NCBI GenBank assembly: GCA_002245135.1
Contig: NGBS01000001.1
Coordinates: 310,001-374,000 of the forward strand
Origin: Proteromonas lacertae
Taxonomy: Eukaryota
Length of the DNA stretch: 64,000 nucleotides
Reading direction: 5' to 3'
Of the stretch, positions 40,266 to 54,298 are shown piece after piece. The notes below the pieces were generated by a model that saw nothing but the letters and a program-made list of their open reading frames with translations, was not told the origin of the DNA and did not search any database. A program made the position numbers and the translations under genes. The first letter of the stretch is position 1. Every line of letters begins with the position of its first letter.

Positions 40266-42371
40266 CTATTCAATATTGAAGAATTCTTTTGATAATTCTC
40301 TCTTTTCTTCTTCTAAAATTCCATTTAATTTGATTGTTTCAATAGATGAAAAAGTTTCTAAAAATGATTTTAATTCTGATTTGTCTATATCCTCTTTTAC
40401 TGTTATAAATAATTCTTCTAAATAGTTAATGACTTCTTCATTCTCTTTCATCAATCTCAATTCATTTTCATATAGTACATTTCCTAATAAATTTATCTTA
40501 TTTAATTGTTCATTATAAACTTTCAGTCTTTCTATTAATGCTTTTACTCCCTTTTCACTCAATCCAATATCTATTCAAATAAAAAATTTACTTAATACTT
40601 GACAAATGAATGGATATTTCTATTCTCTGAAATATCTATTTTCTTAAGATTTGGATATTTGGATAATTCTAATGTTAATAATATAATTAATTTATCATTT
40701 AAGTTCATTTTTGCAAGATTCAATTCATTATTTTTGTCTATTAATATGTGCAAATATGGAAGTAATAATATGAATCCTTTTGAACCTATTCGATTATCTA
40801 TTTCATAAATAATATATATATATAATAATAAATACACTGAAGATTTACATATTTCAACTTCATTAATGGAATTGATTTAACAAATGATTCAATGAAATGA
40901 ATAGTCAGATTACATGATAATAAATCTAATTCCAATAAATTAGTTAATTGAGAAAAATATAATCCAAATAATGAATAATATTTGATAGGAATTTTCATCA
41001 TAATAATATTCATCAGAATAATGATTCACTAATATTTATAATAAACATGATTAATATTATACCAAATTTCAGTTTTCTTGTATTAATTACTATCAATATT
41101 CTGAACAAATAATTAATTCCTTCTTCACAAAGACAATAACATTTTGGATTAATTATCAACATATTTTTATCACTATCATTTCTATCAATATTGAATATCA
41201 TCTTATCTAAATAACACTCTTCATCTTCTTCATATTTGCGATGAATTTGAAATTTCAATGATCGATATAAATAATAATAATAATATTCTTCTTTTACTGT
41301 AAGACTCATTATCAATATAACTGATAGAATTTTTTCGTTGGGTTTTTTATTATACTATCCTACTAATGAATTTCGAATTTCTATAAAATAATAAAAAACA
41401 ATTATATACCAATCAAATTCTTACTTTCAAGATAATATTCAAAAGGAATTATTATTGGAAGTGAAATGCTTATATAATCATTGTTTAACAATATCTCTTT
41501 TCTTTCTTTACATATCATTAAATAACTACCTTTATCTTTCAAAATTTCATTCATTCTTTTTATTTCTTTTCTCAACTCTTTTAAACTCATTCTTTCTTCA
41601 TTTTTCACTTTCAATATCCTTTCTATCCTTTCTTTCATTTCATCATCACATTTCATATCTAAACAGTATTTACACCTCAAAATATTCTCTTTTGTTTTAT
41701 TTATATTATTATCTTCGTTAAATGGTAATTTCTTAAACATCATTTCATATAATATACATCCAATTGACCAAACCAGACTCTTGTAATTGCATTCCAACCC
41801 ATTCAACTCTTCAGGACTTTTGAAGCATATATCATATATTCTCAAATCTTCTTCTTTTCTCAACATATTTAGCTGTAAATCACATATCTTTATACCATCT
41901 TCTCCTTCAAATATCACATTAGAACTCTTCAAATTAGCAACAACAGCTATATCATAATCATTCAATATCATCAACATATCACATATTAAACATATTACAC
42001 TACAAATATCACTACTTGAGTTTAATTCACTTTTAATTATTTCCTCCGTATCACTATTATAATAATTTCGTGACATTATCATATATTCACTAGAATTATT
42101 CAATTGGACGAGTTTAGATGGAATAATGAATGATTTACAACAATATAGCAATAATGAGTAATTTTCACATAATCTCAATATTATTTTCTCTTTATTCCTG
42201 CAATATTAAAAATCTTGACCATCTTAATATCATTCTCATGTTGTATAACCAAATCTACGTCATTACTACTCTTTTCTAATCTTTCTACTATCTATACAAA
42301 TAAACCAATTAAAATACTTGCGCATTATGAGGTAGTATTGAGAATATCTTATCATCTACATAAGATTTCAT
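40266..42371 (-). pseudogene. Pseudokinase-LRR family copy C (premature stop and internal deletion)
   Basis: Kinase-like ORF 41402-42178; in-frame TAG at 41355-41357; jumps from the NIHS repeat to the last intron/exon near 40600, lacking ~1.3 kb present in copy B. Confidence 0.7.
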
Positions 42372-42475
42372 CGTTTTAATATTTTATAAAAATAGAGTCG
42401 TTATTTTCTTTATGTAATTTTTTATTTTACTACAACAATATGAAGTATTTTATAAAATATCATAAATATATCATA

Positions 42476-43664
42476 TTAGGATGATTTATTACTGCTATCT
42501 TTCAACAAACACACTTCACCACTAAGAATATTATAAAACCTATTACAATCTTCATTTTTAAAGAACTATACCATAAATAAACAAATAAATAATATACAGA
42601 TATTGCATATGTTTCTACCTCATTATTTTTCTTTACATCAATTGAAGAGATAGTCACTCTATTACTATCACTATTCATCACTATCTTTGTTGCTCCAATT
42701 ATAAGTAAATGAACAAGCACATGCAAACCTTGACCTGTTTCTGAACTCTCTTGCCTCATTATTACACGGACTATATTATTATTATTTCCCTTCGTTTTAT
42801 TAATTCTTATTGGACCTGTACAAATATGACTATATTGAATCTTTACTTTATCAAATAAATATCCTTTTGCTCTTGTTTCAAATAATATTATATCATTTTC
42901 TTCGCCATTTCCTTTATCATTATTAGTAATAGTAGGTTCTGTTGACTTTGGAATAGTATTGTTATTACTCTGTTTATTGAAAAAGGGAGTGTGTTTGAAT
43001 AAATCAGTTGATGGAGCAGATGGTATTGAAGTAGTTTTAACATTAGAAAGAGGAGTAGGTGTAGTAGAAGAAGTAGAAGAAGATGATGATGATAATGATG
43101 ATGAAAATACAGTATTCTGTTTAAATATATTATTATTAGAAGAAGAAGAAGCAATAGAAGCAAATGGAGAAGAGGATGAAAAAAGTGAATTGCTTTTGTT
43201 ATTATCTACAGCTGTTGTTGTTGTTGATGAAGAAGATGAGGATGAAAAAACACATTGTTTTGCTGAGATTTCTGCAAAGGGGGATGTTTTAAATTGACCA
43301 AAGAATGATGATGAAGTTGTTGTTGTTGTTGATTTATCATCTGTTTTGTCTATTTCTTTTTCTTTGGAAAGATCAATGGTTTTATTTTCACTTAATTTTG
43401 TTGATGCATCTTCTGGATCTGTTAATAAACGTTCTATTGCCTTTGTTTCATCTTCTGTTTCATCTTCAGCTTCACGTACAATCTATTACATAATAACATT
43501 ATGCAATTCATACATTATCTGATTTAGTCGAATGATCTGATTTTCTATACATGATAATAGAAATATACCTTTTCTTTATATCAGTATTATCAGGAGATAC
43601 AATGTTTTCTATTGCAAATTACATATTTGATGATACCTTTTCTTTTCGGAGTATCTATATTCAT
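42476..43664 (-). CDS. Ran-binding-domain protein (RanBP3/Nup50-like)
   Basis: Ser/Thr-rich region with Phe motifs, then GEENDIILFETRAK..GPIRIN..RVIMRQE. Confidence 0.55.
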
Positions 43665-43732
43665 CAGTTTAAATGCAATTTAAAACTCAAGCCAAGTTTT
43701 TATAGTATTTTATCATTTTTAAAAATTCTATC

Positions 43733-45382
43733 ATGTCTGAGCAACAATCCAATACAAAGCAAGGTGAAACTCTTAGAAATAATGCTAAAACAGAAGATGT
43801 AAGACAATCTAATATTATTGCTGGTAAAGGTATAAAATCAATAATTATAATGCGCTAGCTGTCGCTGATGCAGTCAGAACAAGTCTTGGTCCAAAAGGTA
43901 TGGATAAGATGATACAGACAGACAAAGGTGAAGTGATCATCACAAATGATGGTGCTACTATTCTTTCTAAATTACAAGTATATATTTACTATTTAAAATC
44001 CATAGGTTGTCCATCCATGTGCAAGAATGTTAGTAGACTTATCAAAATCACAAGATATTGAAGCTGGTGATGGTACTACCTCAGTTGTTGTATTAGCCGG
44101 TTCATTATTAGATGCTTGTACACTTTTACTTCAAAAGGGAATTCATCCAACCGTAATTGCCGATGCATTTGGATTAGCTGAACAAAAATCCGAAGAATTC
44201 CTCAAGCAAGTTGCTATTCCAGTTGATTTAAACGATAAACAATCACTCATCAAAGCGGCAACAACCTCTTTAGCTTCTAAGGTAGTTTCTAGTAGTTCAA
44301 CTGAATTAGCTCCAATGGCAGTGGATGCTATTATGAGTATATATGATAAAGATCATCCAGCGACTGTTGATTTGAAAGATATAAGAATAGTTAGACAATT
44401 AGGTGGAACAATCGAAGATACTGAATTAGTGAAAGGATTAGTGTTTTCTCAAAAAGCCTCACCCAGTGGACCTAAGGTGATTAAAAATGCTAAAGTAGCA
44501 TTAATTCAATTTTGTTTAAGTGCTCCAAAGACTGATTTAGATAATCAAGTAGTAATAAATGAATTTGAACAGATGGATAGATTATTAAGAGAAGAGAGAA
44601 AATATATCGTTGATTTATGTAAGAAAATCAAGAAGAGTGGTTGTAATGTACTATTAATTCAAAAATCAATTTTAAGAGATGCTGTAAATGACTTATCTTT
44701 ACATTATCTTAGTAAGATGGGCATTATGGTAATTAAGGACGTAGAAAGAGCTGATGTTCCATTCATTTCAAAATGTATTGGTTGTTTACCAATAGCTCAT
44801 ATTGACTCATTTTCACCTGAAAAATTAGCAACTTGTGCTTTAGCCGAAGAAATACCCATGAACGAAGGTAATTCAATAATCAAAATTACAGGTGCAGAAA
44901 AGCCAGGTAAATGTGTATCAATGGTAATAAGAGGATCTAACAGATTAGTATTAGAAGAAGCAGATAGATCAATTCATGATGCCTTATGTGTAGTTAGATC
45001 ATTGGTTAAATTACAATATATGATTGGTGGTGGAGGTTCACCCGAAGTAGAATTAAACTACCAATTGAATAAATATTCAAAGACATTAAAAGGAATGGAA
45101 AGCTATTGTGTTAAAGCATATGCTGATGCTTTGGAGATTATTCCTTATACTTTGGCTGAAAATGCTGGTTTACACCCTGTTTCTATTGTCACTGAATTGA
45201 GAAAACAACATGCTGAAGGTAATAAATATGCTGGTATTAATGTGAGAAAAAGTTGTATTAGTAATATCTTAGATGAGAATGTGTATCAACCATTGTTAGT
45301 AACTACTTCTGAATTATCTCTTGCTACTGAATGTGTAAGAATGATTTTGAAGATTGATGATTTGGTTGCTACCTTACGATAA
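43733..45382 (+). CDS. CCT4: CCT/TRiC chaperonin subunit delta
   Basis: [52 protein letters not shown]. Confidence 0.95.
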
Positions 45383-45542
45383 ACTATTATAAAAAGCAGT
45401 ATCTTAAATATTTCTTTCTTAAAATGAAAATATTTTAATGTGTTTTATGTTCTATCTGAAAATAATCGAAAACAAACATGGTTTGAGAAACACGCTCAAA
45501 AAAAAGATGAATCTCATTAAACACGCCGAAAAGCAGTAAGAA

Positions 45543-46330
45543 ATGATAATAGATCCAGACATAAAATGGAAGAAAAGCTATTCTCGCAATAATAAATCTG
45601 CTGTAGAAAAACACCTGTTGTGTTTTCCTGACCATTTCTCGTCACACAGGGTATTTTTAGTGTTTTACAAGTTTATAGAATAAAGGCTTTTGTGGAAAAA
45701 GCATTAAAATCATACTAAACCCAACAGAAGAGTTGTATCATCCAGCTGTGGTGATTGGATACTTTTCTAACTCTAATAACAAATATCTTCTTCCTAAAAC
45801 TATGCTGACTAAAGAAATAATAACTGTGCTTAATGATTTTCACAATTACTTCAGAGGAGTTAAATTAGTATAATTAATTCATTTATTGTTAGAATACATC
45901 TAGTAATGATTATATTCTTAATCCTCAACCAAAGTATTGGAATTGTCTGAGTATTTTAAATCCTAAAATGCAACAGACATACAATTTTGTAGTTGATCTT
46001 TTTATTTTGACTAATAGCAATACTTGGAAATGTGTTAGTGAAGTTTTCTCTCCAGCATTTGAAATACATTCAGCTTCTTTTACTAAAAAGACAAATAAAA
46101 AGAAAAGAAAGAATTCAAAAAGAATATTGAAGGAATTAAATGTAGAAAAATGTTGTCTAGTTAAGAAGATAAAATATAGTAAAGATGAATGTGAATGTGT
46201 ACATTCTCCTGTATCAGTTGTACCTTCTAACTATTGTGAGCAAAATCAATATGTACTTCCAAATAAATATTATCAAATAGATAATAAAGGTAATGTGGTT
46301 TGGTTTTCAATGGTTTCATCATGTGAATAA
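45543..46330 (+). CDS. Uncharacterised protein (start uncertain)
   Basis: In-frame exons joined by short GT-AG introns; basic, Cys-containing C-terminus. Confidence 0.4.
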
Positions 46331-46579
46331 ATGTAAATATATACTTTTAATAAATCCCCCAATTATTAAGCTTACTCTTCCATTTTATATGTTTATCTTT
46401 GTATAGAATTTGTAATAACACATCAACAATAAATAATTCTTCACTATTAAATGAGTTATTTCACTTTTTAATAAGTTGGCTTAATGAAAATATTATTTTC
46501 GATTAAATATTGAAAGTTACATTATAAATGAATTACAGTTAGTTTCGCTTGAATAATATTATAATTAAATAAATAATAA

Positions 46580-47806
46580 ATGGATTACGATAAATTAATA
46601 TTCAATTATTCAATGTAAGAAGTAGTTCATTAATAAATAGAGTGCTATTGTTCTCTCCTCTTGGAATATATCTTAGAATTGTTATTATAGAATTGCTAGA
46701 GACAGTTGATAAAAATCCATCGATAATAGTTTGTTATGCGATTATTAACATAATTGGAAGGTATATTATAATTCAACTCACATACATAAGTTCTATACTT
46801 GGTATATCAAATGTACTATTATCACAATGTCGTAATATTAAACCACTCAAAAATGTATTCATTGGAGTTGGAACTGGATTATGTGGCTGTCTAACATCAT
46901 TCAGTTCTTGGGCTAATTTGATTGGTATTAATATAGTATATGATGGATTATATTTAACTTCGCTATTTATGTTGTTAATTGGACCAGCTGCTGGGTATGT
47001 TGCATATATGGTATAATAATTATAATAACACCACTAATAGTTCTCTCATAAAATTACCTATTTAATATTTGAATATTTAAACGTCCCAATATTAGATTCA
47101 AGACATAACAATTATCCCCAAATAATCCAAACACCATTATCACCTTTACCTCTTTCTCCACCACCCTCCATTATAATATCTTCACCAACATCAGAATATT
47201 CAAATATATCAATGGACAGTATAATAGAAACAACTTCATCATTATCATCAACTTCTCCATCTCCAGAATCAGAGAGATATATATCCAATAATATTTTAAG
47301 AATACTTCACAGTGAAACATTCTTTTATATATACATATCATTTGTAATTGTTTTACAAATTGCATTTATGACAATATTCATATTTTTAACAATATTTTAT
47401 GATGATAGAATATTAATATATATATTTGGATATATTGGAGTTAGTGTAAGGTATTTCCTCTCTGTTTATTTGAATAATAAAAGAAGCAAAATCCCCTATG
47501 GATCGCTTATATCAAATGTAGGAGCAACAATTATTATGGCTACAATTGATTCATTTGTTGTATTATATATATATACTGTTATATTTAATATAGAGAGCTA
47601 ATAGAATTAGTAATACATTTATTGTTTATGCTACTGAGAATGGTTTGTGTAGTTGTATGAGTACTATGTCTACATTTGTCGCTGAATGGGGAGCAATCGT
47701 TGAATCTGTACATATTCAACCTGGGAATTATATTATTTATTATATTCTTGGTTCACTTATTGTTTCGATGTTATATTCTGTTGCTATTATGTTAATTGTA
47801 AAATAA
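46580..47806 (+). CDS. FEX/Fluc (CrcB) fluoride exporter with two Fluc domains
   Basis: GVGTGLCGCLTSFSSW and PYGSLISNV..GLCSCMSTMSTF. Confidence 0.8.
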
Positions 47807-47976
47807 TTAATATTTATTGTGTATGTGTTTTTATTTATATAATGGAAAAGAATATTGTAATAACAATATAAACTTTTAATTTCAAATAAACTATAATTAA
47901 TTATTAAATTCATATCTGTTTAGCAGATGTTAAAGAATTTGCTGAAGAAGATTGACCTTCAGAATCTGATTCTGAA

Positions 47977-49533
47977 TTATTGATTAACATAAATTATAAT
48001 ATTTGTAGTTGCTTTAACAGGGTTTCTAAAATATAGTTTGTATTTTCCATTCATTGTTTTTTTGGCCTTTCCAGTTATTTCACCAGAATAATAATCAATT
48101 GATAAACCTTCTGGCAATTCACATCTAAAACAACTGGCAAAACCATATATATATCGTTTTATTGAAACATCTTCACCTTCACAAAGTCTAAATCTGTAAT
48201 TGGGTTGAGTAAACAACGATGTATTTATTTTCTGTTTTTCTAATACATCATAATCATCATCTTCGTAGAGCTTATAGTTATTTGAGTCTTCTAGAACAAA
48301 TACAAGTTTAAAAAAATATATTTGTCTGAAGCTGTCATTGATGAATGAATAGTATAACGACATTAATACAAATGCTTCTTTACTCTCTGCAAGTATTATG
48401 ATATCATTTATAACTTTACCATAACTACAAGCTAAAAACTTTGATACTTTTCTTTTGTTTTCTTTTGATAATGATGAATATGAATTCAACAGTTTCTTTA
48501 GAAATTTTATCAACACATCTTTATCAACTATAGAATATAAAGGAAAAGAATATACTAAAATCCACCTTATAATATGTTAAAAACAAACACATTTTCAATA
48601 ATTCATTAGAATTATCAGTTTGTAATAAACAACAAATTTGTTTTTCTACAGATTCTGGAGTATTCATATCTTCTTTTCTATGATTATCATATATGTATTG
48701 ATGATGAATTGACTTAGATGATTCGATCAATTCAGTAATGTCTTTTTTGGGTATATACTTAACATTCTCTTCTGTTATATAACTCAGATTTATTTCTTTC
48801 CAGTTTATATGGTTTAATATTTCATTTTTCTTATCTTCAAACCCTATTTCATCATCTTTATCGTTTATAGTTTCATTTCTTCTATTCTCATTTTTTAACC
48901 ATACACAAATGCTATTGAATAATTCACTTTCACTATTATATAATAGATTTTCTTTATTTAAAACAAACAACAAACTTCTATAGCTCAATTTCAATATTGT
49001 TTCTATAAATCATATAATATAACTACATACTTTCATTTAACAAAAACTCTGACATTTCATCAATTTTTTGAGGTAGTATTTTTTTAATTTTTTCACAACT
49101 TTCTGCTTCTAATAATTCACCACAGTTTAGTAGGTCTATCAGTAAGTCTATATTAAAGTTATCTATTATATAATCACTGCAATAATTCACAATTTTTATC
49201 TCATCATAATAAACACAGGTTTTTAATAAATCAACTACATTCTCATTCGTTATTTCTATTTCTCCAAATCCATAATAAGTGAGTAATAATTCAATACTTT
49301 CAATACTGCATTTAGAATTCACTAATAATTCACCTTTTTCATTCATAGAATCATTCAGCAATTTTGAGAAAAGAGTATTTTGAGTACATAATAGACTTTT
49401 CACACATTTTAGCTCATGATCTCCTATTTTTAATTTTAAATCATCGTAACCTTCACTACACAACAAATTGATTATTCTAGACCAATAAAAATAAAATATA
49501 CCCTTTATTCGGGATAGATATAGATATCTTCAT
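47977..49533 (-). CDS. BTB/BACK protein with C-terminal putative Ig (He_PIG-like) segment
   Basis: DLKLKIGDHELKCVKSLL..LF, ESELFNSICVWL, LPEGLSIDYYSGEITG; may extend to 47910 via a +1 break. Confidence 0.7.
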
Positions 49534-49725
49534 AATTTAATGGAATGATATAGAATTATGTTGATTATGATTTGAAAAGATTATGAAACCACTATATTTT
49601 CAATATAAATTGGGAATATCAAAAAATAACTGATTGCTTATTATATTACAAGATATATCACAAAAAACATGTTTAAAATTCGTATAAAATGTATATATAA
49701 TAATAATAGAGAATAATGAAGAGCT

Positions 49726-51972
49726 TTAACTTGGATATTGCGACTGTTGATATATAGCCGGCTGTCCTTGTGCTGAAGAGTATCTAGTAGTAATAGGTAT
49801 AGATTTAACAAATGGATACTGTGGCGTTGGAGCTGGAGAATTATGAACTTTTTGTTGTTGTTGTGCATATGCTGGTTGGCCTGTTTGCTGAATACTAATA
49901 TGATTATTACTTAGATTTCGATTAGCCATTTCAATTGTAATATGCGGTGTAGATAGATGTTGTGATGCTTGTTTCTGTCGGAAAGATGACTGTTGTTGTA
50001 AATATGCTGGAGTTCCACCACCACTTGGTGAAGGTGCAACAGGTGGAACACCACCATTACTATTTTGATGTCCACTCTTTCTTTTACCTCTGAATTTCTT
50101 TCCTTTGCCTTTTTCTCCACCATAAGTCTATTAAAAAGTTATAATAATTCATTATTAATTTTTACTTGTCTCATAAAACCAGGTATTCCAGAATCTGAAT
50201 GTAATACAGCTATTTACAATATATTAACAATTATCTATATACAATTAGTCCAATCATCACCATCATCTTCATCATCTTGTTTTTTACAACAGAATAATGT
50301 CTTCCAGAATTTCTTCTTTTGAGATCTTTCTTTCAATGTCTAATAATTAATATATACAAATATTATATACATCAATATCTAATTCATCACATTCGGTTAC
50401 AATATCAATGAATTGAGCATATGTCAAACAAGTAGCATCAGCATTACCAGTAGCATGCTTTAATATGTTCTTTACCAAATTATCAATTTCTTTTGGAGTA
50501 AATGATTCTTCTCCTTCTTCTCGAATACCTTGACCTTCTCCTTTCTTACCAAATGCTCTTTCCAATAATTCTCGAATTTCTTGTTTAGATAAGACATGAT
50601 CTCCATTTTTATCAATAACTTTGTATATCTGAGCATTCAATGCAGCTTGTAATGTAAATTGAGCAAGTTCTTGTTTAAGGTTGGTATCTTGATAACCATA
50701 ACGCTTATACAATGTAGAATCTGCTCCTAGTAAATACCAGGCTATAAAGGTGGTTATTGTATAAGCAAAGTTTAACAATACAAGACCATTAGTTATAGCT
50801 GATATTAAATAGGAGTAACTAAACTCAGATACCATTCCAGTTGGAACAAAACTAAAAGAAATACCTCGAGTCTCTTTTTGAATAAAGTCTGAGGTTAAAT
50901 ACTTCTTTGAAACTACTTTTGGATTAGATAAATCAAATACTTCATTACCTAAGGATGTAGCAACAGTATCAACTTTCACTTTTACTTCACATTGAAAATC
51001 ATCTACACTAATTACACTACTTTGCCAATTATCCAAATCAATACCCAGATCATTAGAATTATCATATTCTAATGTCACTTGAAGAGTTATTCCCGTCACT
51101 CGATAGGATATGTTATTCATATTTGGATTAGGATCATCTAAAGATTTTACTCCAGCTAATTCTAACCATCTTGTTAAAGGTAAACTAATTTCTTGACCAG
51201 AAGCAAATATTTCAGCTTGATTATTGTTTTGATCTTTTATAATTGTCACCATCTTTGTTCCATCTCGACCATCTGATGAAGCTGTCATTTTTGTAGTCTG
51301 GTAAATATGAATTAAAGATTGTAATGAATAGTAATTCATTTAATAAAAAGATATAATTTTATGACTAAATGTATAATTTAGATTTTCTACACCTACCATT
51401 AAGAAATTATCTAATTGTTTCATTCTACAATGATTATTAGTTACATTTTCACATCCATTTAATTCACATATACCACAATCTACAGTTTCATAGGTAGTTT
51501 GTTTCATATAAGACACAACTGCTGATTCTTTAGAATTACTACTTGTAACTCTTCCCATATCAGTAGCTACACATGTAGGTTGAAACATCTTACCGTCATC
51601 TGGATCTTCATATTGATGATTGCAATAAGCGGGATTGTATTTATCTCCTATAAATTCTTCCTGTAACTGATTATACATTCCGGGGTTAATATGAGTAAAT
51701 ACTGACCCTGTAGGAGACTATAATACGATAAAATCGTAAAAATCATACTTCTTTCGATAAGTACGTTTTGTTGGCAACAATATCATATATCGTATAAAAT
51801 AACATTCCGATTTGTAATAGTCGGAAAATGATACCCTAGGTAATATAAAGCATGAATGAAGATACTAATCTTAAATCATGTATCTTTAGGTACTTTTGAG
51901 TTGAGTACACAAACATTGAGCTAACTGTAGACCACACACCCTACCAGAATAATAAAAAAACAACCATACCAT
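49726..51972 (-). CDS. P2X receptor-like ATP-gated channel with C-terminal EF-hand
   Basis: N-terminal YSTQK (YxTxK), TM1, GVENL, RVTGITL, RGISFSF..G, TM2, DKNGDHVLSKQE. Confidence 0.75.
51301..51354 (-). other. U12-type intron, AT-AC, 54 nt
   Basis: Minus strand ATATCTTTTT...TCTTTAAT-TCATATTTAC; removes an in-frame TAA, giving FSHKI|QTTK. Confidence 0.85.
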
Positions 51973-52085
51973 TCTAGTCAAAAAATGTTTTAGATTGCGT
52001 AAATGTTTTTGTGTAAATTACATGTTTCTATGATTTTTCTATTTATCCGTTTCATTGTTTCCCTATTTATCATAAATCTTTTGAT

Positions 52086-53404
52086 ATGCAGTCTGTTTTA
52101 GCCAGAAGTCTATTAAAACAGAAGAATTTAATTCGTATAAACATTAATATTTATAATTTTAGATTCTTTTGGAAGAAATACTCAAACTATCATGAAATGT
52201 TGTGCTTCTACTCTCCAATATGGTGAAAAAACATTTCCTGTAATTAATAAATGCAAAATGTTTGAGCCATCTAAAGAATGGCCATCAATTCCAGTTTATA
52301 GAGTGTTAGATGAAGAAGGTAAGGTAGTTGGAGATGTTTCAACCCCAGATGATTTGGCAAAGAAAATTTATATTAATATGGTTAGAACAAGAGTATAAAA
52401 CCAAATAATTATTCAAATAGGTAATGGATGATTTCTTACTGAACTGTCAAAGACAAGGAAGAATTACATTTTACATGGCTTCATTAGGAGAAGAAGGAAC
52501 ATCTGGCACAGCTGCTGCTTTAGACAATAGTGATGATATTTTCCCTCAGTACAGAGAACAAGCAACACTATTATGGAGAGGCTTTACCTACCAAGAGTTT
52601 TGTGATCAGTGTGCATGTAATATCAACGAATCAGGAAAAGGACGTCAAATGCCAGTTCATTATGGTTCTCCCAAACATCACTTCATCACAGTATCGTCAC
52701 CATTAGCTACACAAATACCTCAAGCCTCAGGATATGGATATGGCTTGAAATTAGCAAAGAGTAAGAATATCTGTGTGTGTTTCATGGGTGACGGTTCTGC
52801 ATCTGAAGGTGACTTTCATGCTGGTTTAAATATTGCTTCTACCAGATCTTCACCTGTTTTATTCATTTGTAGAAACAATGGTTATGCAATTAGTACACCA
52901 GTTAAAGAACAATATCATGGTGATGGTATTGCTGATAGAATGAAGGGATATAATATTCCCTGTATAAGAGTTGATGGTAATGATCCATTAGCTCTGTATC
53001 AATCAACCAAAATGGCAAGAGAATATGTAGCTAATAATTCAGCTCCATTTTTTATGGAATACATGAGTTATAGAATGAGTCATCATAGTACTAGTGATGA
53101 TAGTAGTGCTTATCGTTCAAAGGAAGAGATGGATGGTTGGAAGAAGAGAGATTGTGTTTTAAGAATGAAAAAGTATGTAATTGATAAGAAAATATGGAGT
53201 GATGAAGAAGATAAGAAGCTTATTGCTGACTCTACTAATGAAATAAAGAAGTGTATTGAAAAAGCTGAAGTAGCTCCAATGGCTACATTAGATGAATTAT
53301 ACAAAGATGTTTATGATAAGATTCCAAAAGGTTCTGAAGTATTAATGGCTGAATTGAAAAAGAATGCTGAAAAACACAAAGATTTCTACAATAAAAAACA
53401 TTAA
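52086..53404 (+). CDS. BCKDHA: Branched-chain alpha-keto acid dehydrogenase E1 alpha
   Basis: QRQGRITFYM, QYRE, GRQMPVHYG, SSPLATQIPQA, GDGSASEGDFHAG, HHSTSDDSSAYRS. Confidence 0.95.
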
Positions 53405-53523
53405 AATAATAGTATTAACAGATTTATATATTTCTATATTGGGGTAAATGAGAAAAACAAAAAAATAAGAATAAATGATCCAAAACGTATATATTTTTAA
53501 TTAGAAATTGAAATTATTCATTA

Positions 53524-54197
53524 ATGAGTTCTAACGGGTATGTATTGCTTTATTTTGCAAAATATTAACCTACATTAATCAACAAATTTTATTCTCTATC
53601 TTATAGCAAAAATTCAGTTGAAAACGCTCAAGACTTAGATGAAATCTTGAAAGCTCAAAAACAAGTCTTCGCATTACCCACTTCAATGAGTATATTTCTT
53701 ATGTAATAGTGCACATAGATTTTAGTCTCTTTTTATCATCAGCTTTGGTAGTTTGTGCATCACTCTACTTATATATCAGTAAGATGTTCCATATGACAAT
53801 TGCTGATGTATTTATAGTGTTTTATATATAATTTAGGATGGACTCATTCTCGGAGGAGTTGGTTTAACAACATTAATCTTGTTGTTTGTTGCAGGTCAAA
53901 GAAAAACAACTGTAAGCTATCTTAAAAGAAGAAATCAATTCGGTCCAGTTCAAAACAGTGTTATTGATGCTGCAGTAAGCAAAGAAACCACAATGAGATC
54001 TATTGGTGTAAATAATGCTATATACTTCGCAGCATTCACACTTCTTGCTACATACATCATCCCAAGAGTTCCATTACCAATTAATGAAGAAATTAGTTGT
54101 GGTATTTCAAGTATTTATTCTGTTATTTATTTTTCTTTTTTAAATAGTGATACTCCCAGCTGCTTTTTTGGTTTTCGAAGCTTATCAATCTAAGTAA
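53524..54197 (+). CDS. Small multi-pass membrane protein, possibly TRAP-gamma (SSR3)-like
   Basis: Four short introns; ETTMRSIGVNNAIYF resembles SSR3 EATTFSIFYNNTLF. Confidence 0.45.
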
Positions 54198-54298
54198 ACA
54201 TTTTAAGAAACATTTTCATGAAAATTGTTTTGATTGTTTTTTATAATTTCTAAAACAACACAAAATAAATAATATTACATTAAACAAAAATATATAAC

